This document shows positions 1 through 8,189 of a DNA stretch of 24,000 bases, piece by piece. The DNA comes from Thermoplasmata archaeon. GTDB taxonomy: Archaea; Thermoplasmatota; Thermoplasmata; RBG-16-68-12; JAFNFQ01. The position numbers were made by a program, and so were the translations under genes. The stretch spans positions 150,447 through 174,446 of the forward strand of contig JBGPQV010000002.1 of assembly GCA_041489255.1 (NCBI GenBank), in the 5' to 3' direction. How positions within the stretch are numbered: the stretch's first letter is position 1; every line of letters starts with the position of its first letter. The notes beneath the pieces were generated by a model, which had not been told where the DNA came from, searched no databases, and saw only the letters and a program-made list of their open reading frames with translations.

Positions 1-1
1 C

Positions 2-667
2 TGGGTCCCCCGCCACGACGAGGTGCCGATGGCGCTCTCGTATATCGATGGCCTGAAAGGATTCACTTCTCACGCTCAAGGGGAAACGACGAACGCGCTC
101 GCGGGTTTCGAGGCGGGCGATCGCCTGGGGATCCGGGGCCCGTTGGGCAACAGCTTCGACATCAGGGGTAAGAGGATCCTCTTCGTTGCCGGCGGTACAG
201 GGATGGCTTCGGTGGTCGCCGCTATGGAAGCCGCCGCGAAAGATGGGAAGAAGGTCGTCACCGCGCTCGGAGCGAAGACCAAGGACGATCTCATCTTCGT
301 GAAGCGCGCAGAGAAGGTCGGAGAGGTCCACGTGGCCACCGACGATGGCTCCGAGGGGTACGACGGCTTCGCGAGCACTCTTGCGGAGAGATTGCTGGAG
401 TCGCACAAGTTCGACCAAATCATCACTTGCGGACCCGAAGCGATGATGAAGAAGGTCGTCGAAGCCGCGACGAAGAAAAGGATTCCGGTCCAGGCATCCG
501 TCGAACGATTCATGAAATGCGGCATCGGGATCTGCGACGCTTGCGCCTTCGGCGACAGGCTGGTCTGCGTCGACGGCCCTGTTTTCGATGGCGAGTATCT
601 TGCTGTGTGCGAGGACTTCGGGCGCTACCGCCGAGACGAGAGCGGGCGCAGAGTACCCATCAAGTAG
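2..667 (+). CDS. pyrK: Dihydroorotate dehydrogenase electron-transfer subunit-like flavoprotein (PyrK family), 5'-truncated by window edge
   Basis: The frame is open from base 2, so no true start lies in the window. GGTGMASV marks a nucleotide-binding fold. The C-terminal MKCGIGICDACAFGDRLVCVDGPVF is the 2Fe-2S Cys cluster motif typical of PyrK-type subunits. Stop is TAG at 665-667. Confidence 0.75.
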   Translation, partial: WVPRHDEVPMALSYIDGLKGFTSHAQGETTNALAGFEAGDRLGIRGPLGNSFDIRGKRILFVAGGTGMASVVAAMEAAAKDGKKVVTALGAKTKDDLIFVKRAEKVGEVHVATDDGSEGYDGFASTLAERLLESHKFDQIITCGPEAMMKKVVEAATKKRIPVQASVERFMKCGIGICDACAFGDRLVCVDGPVFDGEYLAVCEDFGRYRRDESGRRVPIK

Positions 668-701
668 CAAGGTTAAACTGCCTTCCGACGATTCCGCGTG
701 C

Positions 702-2333
702 ATGCTCGACCAGGCAATGGATGCGCTCGCCGAGGAAATCGTGCGGTGGTATGCGCAGTGGAATCCCGTCTATGGCACGTATCTGGGCATACATGACTAC
801 GACCACATGCTGCCAGACTCCTCGCTATCTGCATTGAAAGAGGAGATCCGCCGCACAAAGGAGTTCAAAGCGCGGCTCCAGGCCCTCAAACCGGAGGAGC
901 TCTCGCCCGCCAGACAGATCGACAGGCGCAACCTCCTGAGCGCCGTGGAGCTGAACCTGTTCGACGAGGAGGTGCTCCACAGGTCGGAGACGTACCCGGC
1001 GGCTCCGGGAGAATTCGGCACTTCCATAATGCTCCTGTACCAGAGGGATTTCGCGCCGCTGCCCGAGAGACTGAGGTGCATCTCATCTAGGTTTGCGGCG
1101 GCGCCCAAGTATCTGGGGGATGCGAGGGAGCGGCTCACCAAACCGGTCAAGCTCTGGACGACGATAGGGATCGAGTCCTGTTCGCAGCTCCAGGGCCTGC
1201 TCAAGATGATAGAGGGAATCGCCAGGGGCGCTCTGCCGCCTTCTGACATGGAATCATTGGTCGACTCCTCTGCGAAAGCATCAATGGCGCTGAGCGACCA
1301 CGAGAATTGGCTGAGGGAGGATGCGCTGCCGAAGGCGACAGACGATATCGGAATAGGCGCACGCAACTTCGACAGGCTCATCAAGCTCAGGGGACTCGGT
1401 CTGACGGCGGACGATATCTACTCCCTGGGAAAGAAGTACCTCGCATCGGCGAAGAAGCATCTTGGAATCCTCGCCGAGCAGATCAGACCGGGGTCATCGG
1501 TCGGTGAGGTCAAGGAACTCGTGCAGTCGAAGCATCCGAAGGACTTCGCAGAAGCGCTGTCAATGACGGTGAAGGCGATGCACGAAGCGAAGGAGTTCGT
1601 TGCGAGGAAGGACTTGGCCACCTTCCCGCCAAAGGAGGAGCTGAAGGTAATCGAGACGCCCGAGTACCTGAGGCACGTGATGCCGATCGCCGCCTACATG
1701 CCCTCCGCTCCTTTTGACACGATTCAACAGGGCATCTACATGGTCACACCCGTGCAGGAGGACTCAAGCGAGCTGAAGAAGCACAGCTACGCGAAGAACT
1801 GGATAACCGCAATCCACGAGGGTTACCCGGGGCACCACCTGCACAACAGCTGCGCTGCCGTGAGAAAGTCGTATGCCAGGGCATACGTTTGGTCGATCGA
1901 GACCGTGGAGGGCTGGGCCCTGTACTGCGAGGAGATGATGCCCGAGTATGGGTTCCACAACGAGCCCGAGGTGAGGTTCTCGCAGACGCTCGACCTGATC
2001 TGGCGGGCCTGCAGGGTCATCATTGACGTGGACCTTCACCGCCGCAAGATGACATTCGATCAAGCTGTCGACATGCTCATGGAAGAGGCAGGACTCGACA
2101 AGGCGACCGCGGCCTCGGAGGTCAAGAGGTACACCTACACCCCGGGATATCCGCTGTCCTACCTGATCGGCAAGCACATGATCATGGAGCTGAAGCAGCA
2201 GGCGAAAAAGGAGCTAGGGCCGAAGTACAGCGACAAGCTGTTCCACGACACCTTCCTCTACGCCGGCCTGATCCCGATGGCGCTCATCAAGGAAGTCTTC
2301 GAGCAGAAGTTCAGAGAGATGAAGTCCACCTGA
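702..2333 (+). CDS. DUF885 family protein (putative metallopeptidase-like)
   Basis: The long ORF carries HEGYPGHHLH, the conserved HExxPGHH-type motif of DUF885. I chose the first ATG after the pyrK stop (702, MLDQAMDALAEE). The 588 start in the ORF track overlaps pyrK. Confidence 0.7.
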   Translation: MLDQAMDALAEEIVRWYAQWNPVYGTYLGIHDYDHMLPDSSLSALKEEIRRTKEFKARLQALKPEELSPARQIDRRNLLSAVELNLFDEEVLHRSETYPAAPGEFGTSIMLLYQRDFAPLPERLRCISSRFAAAPKYLGDARERLTKPVKLWTTIGIESCSQLQGLLKMIEGIARGALPPSDMESLVDSSAKASMALSDHENWLREDALPKATDDIGIGARNFDRLIKLRGLGLTADDIYSLGKKYLASAKKHLGILAEQIRPGSSVGEVKELVQSKHPKDFAEALSMTVKAMHEAKEFVARKDLATFPPKEELKVIETPEYLRHVMPIAAYMPSAPFDTIQQGIYMVTPVQEDSSELKKHSYAKNWITAIHEGYPGHHLHNSCAAVRKSYARAYVWSIETVEGWALYCEEMMPEYGFHNEPEVRFSQTLDLIWRACRVIIDVDLHRRKMTFDQAVDMLMEEAGLDKATAASEVKRYTYTPGYPLSYLIGKHMIMELKQQAKKELGPKYSDKLFHDTFLYAGLIPMALIKEVFEQKFREMKST

Positions 2334-2347
2334 GGACGTGGTCCCGA

Positions 2348-2365
2348 GGCGGGACTGCTCCCGCC
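2348..2365. terminator. GC-rich hairpin between convergent genes (possible bidirectional terminator)
   Basis: GGCGGGA-ctgc-TCCCGCC forms a perfect 7-bp stem. It lies between the DUF885 stop (2333) and the stop of the minus-strand small ORF (2384). Confidence 0.3.
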
Positions 2366-2383
2366 ATCAACCGGGATGCCGCT

Positions 2384-2632
2384 TCAGGGACTTAATCCCA
2401 ACTGATCCTGCCCGGCGTCATTCCCTTCGTCGCCGTCGCAGCAGTGACATTGGCCATGGTTGCCGCCGCCACCGTATGTGCCGTTGTTTCCATCGTGCAT
2501 TCCGCCGCCATTCCCCTGATCACCCATCATCGGGTGGTCGCTCATCATCTGGCCCCCGGACATGGCGACCGCCGTCGTGCCGACGCCCGCCACGGACAGA
2601 GCCGAAAGCAGGGCGATTACCGCAGTGTTCAT
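2384..2632 (-). CDS. Small secreted Met/His/Gly/Asn-rich protein with CHCC cluster (putative metal-binding peptide)
   Basis: The start MNTAVIALLSALSVAGVGTTAVA is a clear signal-peptide-like N-terminus, preceded by GAGGAG about 8 nt upstream. The mature part is SGGQMMSDHPMMGDQGNGGGMHDGNNGTYGGGGNHGQCHCCDGDEGNDAGQDQ. Third codon positions are GC-rich, like neighbouring genes. Confidence 0.6.
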   Translation of the reverse strand: MNTAVIALLSALSVAGVGTTAVAMSGGQMMSDHPMMGDQGNGGGMHDGNNGTYGGGGNHGQCHCCDGDEGNDAGQDQLGLSP

Positions 2633-2684
2633 TGTTGTGTCTCCTCGGCCCACGGAACCCGCAGGCCTCAGGCATCATTATGGC

Positions 2685-2743
2685 TGAAACAGCTTATGAC
2701 ACTGACCTGAAACGAAGTGAAATGCATTTCAGAAGGATGAAAT
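2685..2743. promoter_or_regulatory. Cluster of TGAAAY motifs including 14-bp palindrome TGAAATGCATTTCA (candidate operator)
   Basis: TGAAAC occurs at 2685 and 2708, and TGAAAT at 2718 and 2738. The inverted copy at 2726-2731 makes a perfect palindrome over 2718-2731. All lie in the short spacer between the wHTH regulator stop and the small secreted-peptide gene. An AT-rich CATAATGATG (minus-strand reading, plus-strand coordinates about 2672-2681) could be its TATA box. Confidence 0.4.
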
Positions 2744-3324
2744 CAGGCGGGTTCTGAGGGTTTTGGCGGCATTGTCCTTAGGCGGATCTTGTTCGTCATG
2801 CCGTGCCTTTCGCGGGTCACGATCTCCTTGCCCTCGAGCTTGTCCAGCAGGCGCGTGACCTTCGCCTTGGAGAACGAGCCAGACGCCACGATGTCCTTCT
2901 GGAGCATCTCTCCGCCCCTTTCGCGGATGAGCGCGTAGAGGCGCTTCTCGTCTTCATCCAGCATCTTGAAGAACGCCGCCTCTTGATTGCGGGACACATG
3001 CGGAGCTTCCTGTTCGGGAACTGAAGGGACGGCGGACGAGACCGGATAAGTTGGGGCCATCGTTCCGACGGCTGGAGCCTGATTGATCGTGGGGACATCC
3101 TGGCGGGAAGACATCAGGAAGAAGACCACGGCTACCAAGACGACTCCCAATAGCAGGGTGACCGCAAGCCAGCCAATGCTGAAGCTTCCTCCCCCGCCGC
3201 CCATCATGCCTCCACCCATCATCCCGTTTGACATGAACATCGCGCCGGCGGAGCCTGCGAGAAGGAGTGCCACGAACACCGCCAGTATCACAAGGACAAC
3301 GGTCATCTCTTGGCTTCTCGCCAT
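2743..3324 (-). CDS. Membrane-anchored winged-helix transcriptional regulator (COG2512-like) with Met/Gly-rich loop between two TM helices
   Basis: Predicted TM1 is VVLVILAVFVALLLAGSAGA and TM2 is IGWLAVTLLLGVVLVAVVFFL, with the loop MFMSNGMMGGGMMGGGGGSFS between them. The C-terminus EKRLYALIRERGGEMLQKDIVASGSFSKAKVTRLLDKLEGKEIVTRERHGMTNKIRL is a MarR/TrmB-like wHTH. An alternative ATG lies at 3306. Confidence 0.75.
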   Translation of the reverse strand: MARSQEMTVVLVILAVFVALLLAGSAGAMFMSNGMMGGGMMGGGGGSFSIGWLAVTLLLGVVLVAVVFFLMSSRQDVPTINQAPAVGTMAPTYPVSSAVPSVPEQEAPHVSRNQEAAFFKMLDEDEKRLYALIRERGGEMLQKDIVASGSFSKAKVTRLLDKLEGKEIVTRERHGMTNKIRLRTMPPKPSEPA

Positions 3325-3406
3325 CTGCTTTCGATCTCCTGCCGAGTGAGTGACCTACTCAACGGCATTGTTTAATGTTTGGCAATTCTTGGCGGGATAA
3401 GCCATT

Positions 3407-4135
3407 CTAAATCAGGTCGCCCCGGAAGAACGCAGCTGTCCTGTCATCATCGAGGCGGCGGACCTCGTCAATCGGTCCGCTGCCCAGCACTTCTCCCTGA
3501 TACAGGAACAGACAGCGCTTCGCGAGCCTCTGCGCCTGGAACGGGTTGTGCGAGACCATGACGACCGTGCATCCTGACTTCTGGCGGTAAGTGGCCAGGG
3601 CAGACTCTAGCATTTTGATATTTGACGGGTCCAGGTTCGCTGTGAATTCGTCGAGGAACAGAACCTCGGGCTCGATCGCAATCGCGCGGGCGAACGCGAC
3701 CCTCTGCGCTTCCCCGCCGGAAAGGGTGAAGGCCTTCCTACGCTCGAACCCCTCCAGACCAACATTCTTGAGGGCGGTGAGTACGCGGTCCCGGATCTCC
3801 TTTTCCTGCACTGCCCTCAATCGTAGACCGTAGGCAACGTTCCCAAGAACCGTGTCCCTGAACATCACTGACCTCTGGAGGAGCATGGTCATCTTCCTCC
3901 TCAGCGCCTGGCCGTCCTGGACGGACGATCCGGGGTCACCGAATCTGACCGCCCCCTGGTCCGGCTGCTCGAGGAGGTCCAGGATGCGGAGCAGCGTGCT
4001 CTTGCCGCTCCCGCTCGGGCCCATTATCGCGAATATCTCGCCCGCCTCGACCCTGAAATCCACTTTCGAGAGAACTGCAGAACCGCCGTATGACTTCGAG
4101 ATTCCCGCCGCCTCGACCGCGATCCCCAAACTCAA
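3407..4135 (-). CDS. tupC: ABC transporter ATP-binding protein (tungstate-type, TupC-like)
   Basis: Has Walker A GPSGSGKST, ABC signature LSGGEAQRVAFARA and Walker B VLFLDE. The TTG start overlaps the upstream permease stop (TTGA). Confidence 0.8.
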   Translation of the reverse strand: MSLGIAVEAAGISKSYGGSAVLSKVDFRVEAGEIFAIMGPSGSGKSTLLRILDLLEQPDQGAVRFGDPGSSVQDGQALRRKMTMLLQRSVMFRDTVLGNVAYGLRLRAVQEKEIRDRVLTALKNVGLEGFERRKAFTLSGGEAQRVAFARAIAIEPEVLFLDEFTANLDPSNIKMLESALATYRQKSGCTVVMVSHNPFQAQRLAKRCLFLYQGEVLGSGPIDEVRRLDDDRTAAFFRGDLI

Positions 4136-4773
4136 CCCCTCTCCTGGATCTCCCTTATGACGAAGTACACGGCGAACGCGATGATCAACAGGATTCCCGC
4201 CAACAGGAATGAGGTGCCATAATCCGCCATCTGGGTGTGCTGCATGATCGCCGTTGTGATGACCTGCGTCGACCCCTCGATGTTACCTCCCACCGCCCAG
4301 ACCGCGCCGACCTCGCTAATCGCCCTCCCGAAACCGACCATAACCGCCCCGAAGATGCCGAACCTGGCCTCGTGCATCACCCTGGACATCAGCTGCCTAT
4401 TGTTCGCACCCAAGGTCTTGATCGTGAGCCGGACGCTCTCGTCCACATCGGATATGGAGGACATGGTGAGCCCGGTCACAAGTGGGAAGATGAGCACCGA
4501 TTCGGCGATAACCATGCCTATCGGCGTCCATATCCAATCGAGGAAGCCAAGCGGACCACTGCGCGAAAGCAGTGAGTAGACAATCAGGCCCACTACCACC
4601 GAGGGAAGCGCGAACAGTGTGTAGACGCCAGTCCTCAAGAGCCAGCTGCCGCGGAATCTCTTGATCGCAAGGAAAGCACCCAACGGCAGCGCCACGAGCG
4701 AGGTCAGTACCGTCGCTGTGACCGAAACGTATAGGGAAAGCGCGACGACCTGAGCGATGTCAAGTCCGCCCAA
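4132..4773 (-). CDS. tupB: ABC transporter permease (TupB-like)
   Basis: A 213-aa polytopic membrane protein with a MetI-like permease architecture. It sits between the binding-protein and ATPase genes, and its stop overlaps the tupC start. Confidence 0.7.
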   Translation of the reverse strand: MGGLDIAQVVALSLYVSVTATVLTSLVALPLGAFLAIKRFRGSWLLRTGVYTLFALPSVVVGLIVYSLLSRSGPLGFLDWIWTPIGMVIAESVLIFPLVTGLTMSSISDVDESVRLTIKTLGANNRQLMSRVMHEARFGIFGAVMVGFGRAISEVGAVWAVGGNIEGSTQVITTAIMQHTQMADYGTSFLLAGILLIIAFAVYFVIREIQERG

Positions 4774-4792
4774 GCGAGTTGCCCTCCATCAT

Positions 4793-5665
4793 TCACGGCT
4801 CCGCGTTGGGAAAGAACAGCTGGTGGCCATTGGCGGTGTGGGATGCTATTAGGTCCTGCATCTCCGGGCTCACGATCCATTCGGCGAATATTACGGCGTA
4901 CTTCACGTTGACGTTCAGGTTCTTGGCGGGATTGGCCGGAATCACGCTGTATTGGTTGAAGAACAGGGTATCGTTCCTGAAGAGCTCGACGAGGTCCAGC
5001 GCCTGAATCATCGAGAAGTACGTGCCCTCGTCTGTCAGCGTATAGGCATCACCCATTCCGTTGGCCATGATGAGCGTATCCTCCATGCCCTTGCCGACCT
5101 TCAGATACCACGAGCCGAACTGATCCGGGTCCAAGCCTGCCAATCCCCATATCTGCAGCTCCTTGGCATAGGTCCCGGAGTTGTCCGATCTCGAGAGGAA
5201 TCTGGATGTGGAGGAATTGTCCGCGACCTTCTCGAACGCCGCGGTGGCGTTCCAGGCAGTCGCGACGCCGGCTGGGTCGCTCGACGGACCTACTATCGCG
5301 AACTGATTGTACATCACCTGCCATTTGAACAAGCCATACCCTTGCTCCATGAACGGCGCTTCCAAGGAGGGTGAGTGCGAGAGGACCACGTCCGCGTCGC
5401 CTCTTCTTGCGTAGTCCAGAGCCAAGCCCGATCCGACGGCGACGACGTCGACCTTGACACCGTACATCGACTTGAAGTCGGGAAGGATGAAGTCCAGCAG
5501 GCCAGAGTTCTGCGTGCTGGTTGTCGTTGCGAGGATCAGCTTCGATTCCGGCGGGGAGAAGATCCCTGAGATTGCTAGTCCCACCGCCACGAGGGCGATC
5601 ACTACGAGTATCACCGCCAAGAAGAGCCATTTCGTCCTGTTCATGAAGGCCGCCCGCCTGGGCAT
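4793..5665 (-). CDS. tupA: Tungstate ABC transporter substrate-binding protein (TupA-like)
   Basis: Has an N-terminal membrane anchor or signal (WLFLAVILVVIALVAVGLAI). ILATTTSTQNSGLLDFILPDF contains the TTTS motif I associate with TupA-type oxyanion binding proteins. An alternative start (MNRTK) lies at 5644. Confidence 0.7.
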   Translation of the reverse strand: MPRRAAFMNRTKWLFLAVILVVIALVAVGLAISGIFSPPESKLILATTTSTQNSGLLDFILPDFKSMYGVKVDVVAVGSGLALDYARRGDADVVLSHSPSLEAPFMEQGYGLFKWQVMYNQFAIVGPSSDPAGVATAWNATAAFEKVADNSSTSRFLSRSDNSGTYAKELQIWGLAGLDPDQFGSWYLKVGKGMEDTLIMANGMGDAYTLTDEGTYFSMIQALDLVELFRNDTLFFNQYSVIPANPAKNLNVNVKYAVIFAEWIVSPEMQDLIASHTANGHQLFFPNAEP

Positions 5666-5736
5666 CGCCCTTCGCTAGTTAGACTTTATGACAACCCATG
5701 AGGGAAGCGCTCGGAACTAGGCCGGTTCTCGCAAAA

Positions 5737-5744
5737 CTTAATAG
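5737..5744 (+). promoter_or_regulatory. TATA-like box upstream of gfcR-like gene
   Basis: AAAACTTAATAG is centred about 34 nt upstream of the ATG at 5775. It resembles AAACTTAAATAG in the korA/ridA divergent region. Confidence 0.35.
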
Positions 5745-5774
5745 AGGAAGTCAGGATACGAGGCGCGGTGGAAC

Positions 5775-6368
5775 ATGAAGAGCATTGACGCCCTCGTGAA
5801 GAAGGCGATGGATTACAAAAAGAAAGGCCTGAAGGAGGACGAGATAGCAGACGAGCTGCACCTCTCGAAGGACACGATCATCTGGCTGCTGACCCGCGGC
5901 CTGAAGGGCGGCGAGCCGCCTAAGGACGTCAAGATCGGCTGGCGCTCCATCGGTGTCATGGGCAACAGGATAGCGGCGATGGCTTCCTCCATGACCGACA
6001 TCATCCTCGAGGAGACGGAGAAGAGCGGCAACGAGCCGCAGTGCGTCGCCGGCATTGCGATCAACGGCATACCTTATGCCACATGCATATCCGAGGAGCT
6101 GGGGGGCGAGCTGGCGATATACAGGCCCCCGAGCGAGAGAGGGAAGGCGGGCGGTCATTTCTCCAGCAACTACGCCGCGGTTCAAAATAAAAAAGTGATC
6201 TTCGTTGATGACGTCGTGAGCACCGGTGAAACGATGAAGGGCGCGATAGCGGACGCGCGAGCTTCCGGCGGCACTCCGATCCTCGCGGTCGTCTTGGTGA
6301 ACAAGACGGGACAGGACGAACTGGACGGCGTCCCCCTGCGGGCACTCATCCGCGCCAGGTCAATCTAG
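5775..6368 (+). CDS. Orotate phosphoribosyltransferase-like protein with N-terminal HTH (GfcR/PyrE-like regulator family, COG0856)
   Basis: The N-terminal KKGLKEDEIADELHLSKDTIIWLL is HTH-like. The C-terminal VIFVDDVVSTGETMKGAI is a PRPP-binding motif of type I PRTases. Its TAG stop overlaps the GTG at 6368. Confidence 0.7.
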   Translation: MKSIDALVKKAMDYKKKGLKEDEIADELHLSKDTIIWLLTRGLKGGEPPKDVKIGWRSIGVMGNRIAAMASSMTDIILEETEKSGNEPQCVAGIAINGIPYATCISEELGGELAIYRPPSERGKAGGHFSSNYAAVQNKKVIFVDDVVSTGETMKGAIADARASGGTPILAVVLVNKTGQDELDGVPLRALIRARSI

Positions 6369-6376
6369 TGGTGCAG

Positions 6377-7978
6377 ATGCACTGGTTCGACGAGCTCCTC
6401 GGGAATGCGGAGGAGTTCCTTCACGGGCGCGAGAGGGTCCTCTGCAACGCGGGCTTGAGCGTCTCCGGTCTGCAGCATGTAGGCCGTCTAAGAGGGGAAA
6501 TCGCGCTCAACCACGCGATAGTCAGAGCATTGAGATTGAAAGGAAAGAAGGCCTCTCAGAACCTTGTACTATACACGCAGGACCAATGGAAAGGCAAGGA
6601 GGGACAGCTGGGCAGGTTCAAGGCCGGGGAAGGGGAGCAGTACATCGGTCGGAGGCTGATGGATGTCCCGGATCCGGAAGGCTGCCACAGGAACTGGGTG
6701 GAGCACTACTGGGTCGATTTCGGGGACCACCTGGACAGGTTCGCCCCCGGGATAAGCGTGATCAGCACGACGGAGGTCTACTCCCGCCAGGATATGAAGG
6801 ACCTCGTCATCGAGCTCGTGAGCAAGAAGGAGGCCGTGCGGGAGGTGGTGAACAAGTACCGCAGCAGGAGACCCTACCCGTCGGACTGGATTCCATTTGA
6901 GGCTTATTGCGAGAAGTGCCAGCGCGTCGGCAGCGCGAAGACGCTGGAGCTCCTTCCCGATCACCGGGTGCGCTACGAGTGTGAGTGCGGCAACTCCGGG
7001 ATCTCCCCCATCGAGAGGGGGAAGCTGAACTGGCGACTCGAATGGCCGGCCCTGTGGAAGGTCCTGAAGGTCGATGTCGAGCCTTTCGGGAAGGACCACG
7101 CCGCGCCTGGCGGGTCGAGGGACAGCTGCAAGGAAATCGCGCAGAAAATCATGGGGATGGAGGCGCCATTCCCGATCCCCTACGAGTGGGTCGGGCTGGG
7201 GCGGGGAGGGAAGGATCTCGGGGACATGGGCTCCTCCGACTTCATCGGTTTCACTCCGAAACAATGGCTGGAAATCGGCGACCCGGAGGTCATCCGCTAC
7301 ATCTATTTCTTCAACCCGGTCTCGAGGCGGGTGGTCCTCGACTTGAGCAAGGTGGACTCATATCACGACCTCTACGATTCCGCCGAGAGGGCACATCATT
7401 CCGCGAAGAAGAATGAGGAAGAGGAGGTCGCGGCTCGGAGCTTCGAACTCGCGCTCGTCGAGAAGACGATGGAGGAGATGCCGTTCCAGCTCTCATACCG
7501 CCACGCGGCATACCTTTCGCAGATCTCACCGGCTGAGCACAAGGTGAGCTGGTGCATCCAGCGACTGAGGGACACCGGCATGCTCTCCCTGCCTCTCACG
7601 CCGTTCGAGGAGGGCAGGATAGAGAGAAGGCTGACGCACGCTATGAAATGGGTGGAGCTCTACTCCCCCGAGAACAAGGTCATGCTCCTTCAGGAAGTGA
7701 CTCCGAAAGTAATCGAACAGCTCGACGAGAAAGACAGGGAAGCTCTCTCGATGTATCTCGGAGCGGCGGTAAAGACTGAATGGCGGGAGGATGCAATCAA
7801 AGAGTCCATGGTTGCGCTCACAACGAGCGGGAAATTGCCGGTCGAGACTCCTCGCTTCTTCAGAGATCTGTATCTCGTGCTCCTCGGACAGGAAAGAGGC
7901 CCGCGCGCAGCGCCTTTCCTCGCGGTGCTGAAGAAGGAATGGGTCCTGGAGAGGCTGAAGGAGACGGCAAAGGCCTAG
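6377..7978 (+). CDS. lysK: Lysine--tRNA ligase, class I (archaeal type)
   Basis: The N-terminus MHWFDE resembles archaeal LysK N-termini. SGLQHVGRLRGE is a HIGH-like region. CEKCQRVG...YECECGNSG is a Cys-rich zinc knuckle. EPFGKDHAAPGGSRDS and a MGSS (KMSKS-like) region are present. A GTG start at 6368 is also possible. Confidence 0.8.
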   Translation: MHWFDELLGNAEEFLHGRERVLCNAGLSVSGLQHVGRLRGEIALNHAIVRALRLKGKKASQNLVLYTQDQWKGKEGQLGRFKAGEGEQYIGRRLMDVPDPEGCHRNWVEHYWVDFGDHLDRFAPGISVISTTEVYSRQDMKDLVIELVSKKEAVREVVNKYRSRRPYPSDWIPFEAYCEKCQRVGSAKTLELLPDHRVRYECECGNSGISPIERGKLNWRLEWPALWKVLKVDVEPFGKDHAAPGGSRDSCKEIAQKIMGMEAPFPIPYEWVGLGRGGKDLGDMGSSDFIGFTPKQWLEIGDPEVIRYIYFFNPVSRRVVLDLSKVDSYHDLYDSAERAHHSAKKNEEEEVAARSFELALVEKTMEEMPFQLSYRHAAYLSQISPAEHKVSWCIQRLRDTGMLSLPLTPFEEGRIERRLTHAMKWVELYSPENKVMLLQEVTPKVIEQLDEKDREALSMYLGAAVKTEWREDAIKESMVALTTSGKLPVETPRFFRDLYLVLLGQERGPRAAPFLAVLKKEWVLERLKETAKA

Positions 7979-8014
7979 AACGCCGCGGTGGGTTTTGCGC
8001 CCTCCGACCTGCAA

Positions 8015-8070
8015 GCCAAGCCTTCGAGGTTCTGGGCCTCGCGACCGCAGTTCGAATCTGCTTGGGGCCA
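8015..8070 (+). pseudogene. tRNA-Gln(CUG)-like 3' portion (D-loop to discriminator) lacking a recognisable 5' acceptor/D stem
   Basis: The anticodon arm CGAGG-TTCTGGG-CCTCG is perfect (U33, anticodon CTG). The T arm CGCAG-TTCGAAT-CTGCT has one C:T mismatch. The 3' acceptor is TGGGGCC and the discriminator is A. No complementary GGCCCCA-type 5' strand lies upstream. The best candidate, GGCCTAG at 7972-7978, gives only 4 Watson-Crick pairs, 2 G:U pairs and 1 mismatch, and it overlaps the lysK stop. Confidence 0.5.
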
Positions 8071-8148
8071 TACGTCTCCTCCGTCATGTTTTCAAGATCC
8101 CGCCCATGGTCGAGGTTGCCCTCCGAAGGGATGCCTCAGGAGGGAAAT

Positions 8149-8156
8149 GCTTAAGG
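8149..8156 (+). promoter_or_regulatory. TATA-like box upstream of vapB
   Basis: GAAATGCTTAAGG shares the 9-mer AAATGCTTA with the box upstream of tRNA-Gln. It lies about 38 nt upstream of the ATG at 8190, which is preceded by GAGGAA. Confidence 0.35.
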
Positions 8157-8189
8157 CAAGTGTAACACATGTACTACTTGAGTGAGGAA

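Noticed and set aside
665-676. The pyrK stop TAG is followed two codons later by TAA, which could indicate Pyl/TAG read-through.
   Set aside because: TAG terminates about 11 of the roughly 28 genes in this window, so it is an ordinary stop here. I saw no in-frame TAG splitting a recognisable gene.
588-701. An upstream extension of the DUF885 ORF that overlaps the pyrK 3' end.
   Set aside because: The extension is Arg/Ala-rich and overlaps a well-supported gene. The first ATG after the pyrK stop gives a sensible N-terminus.
2338-2757. 139-aa plus-strand Arg-rich ORF and an 88-aa ORF (2444-2710) overlapping the small secreted-peptide gene.
   Set aside because: The compositions are extremely Arg/Ser/Pro-rich. 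The opposite strand encodes a convincing signal peptide with an SD-like sequence.
6377-7978. LysK has non-canonical HIGH (HVGR) and KMSKS (DMGSS) regions, raising the question of a pseudo-enzyme.
   Set aside because: As I recall, class I LysRS signature motifs naturally deviate from the canonical ones (HIGN-type and MSSS-type). The ORF is full length, and the Zn-knuckle and GKDH..GGS blocks are conserved. I cannot call it degenerate without an alignment.
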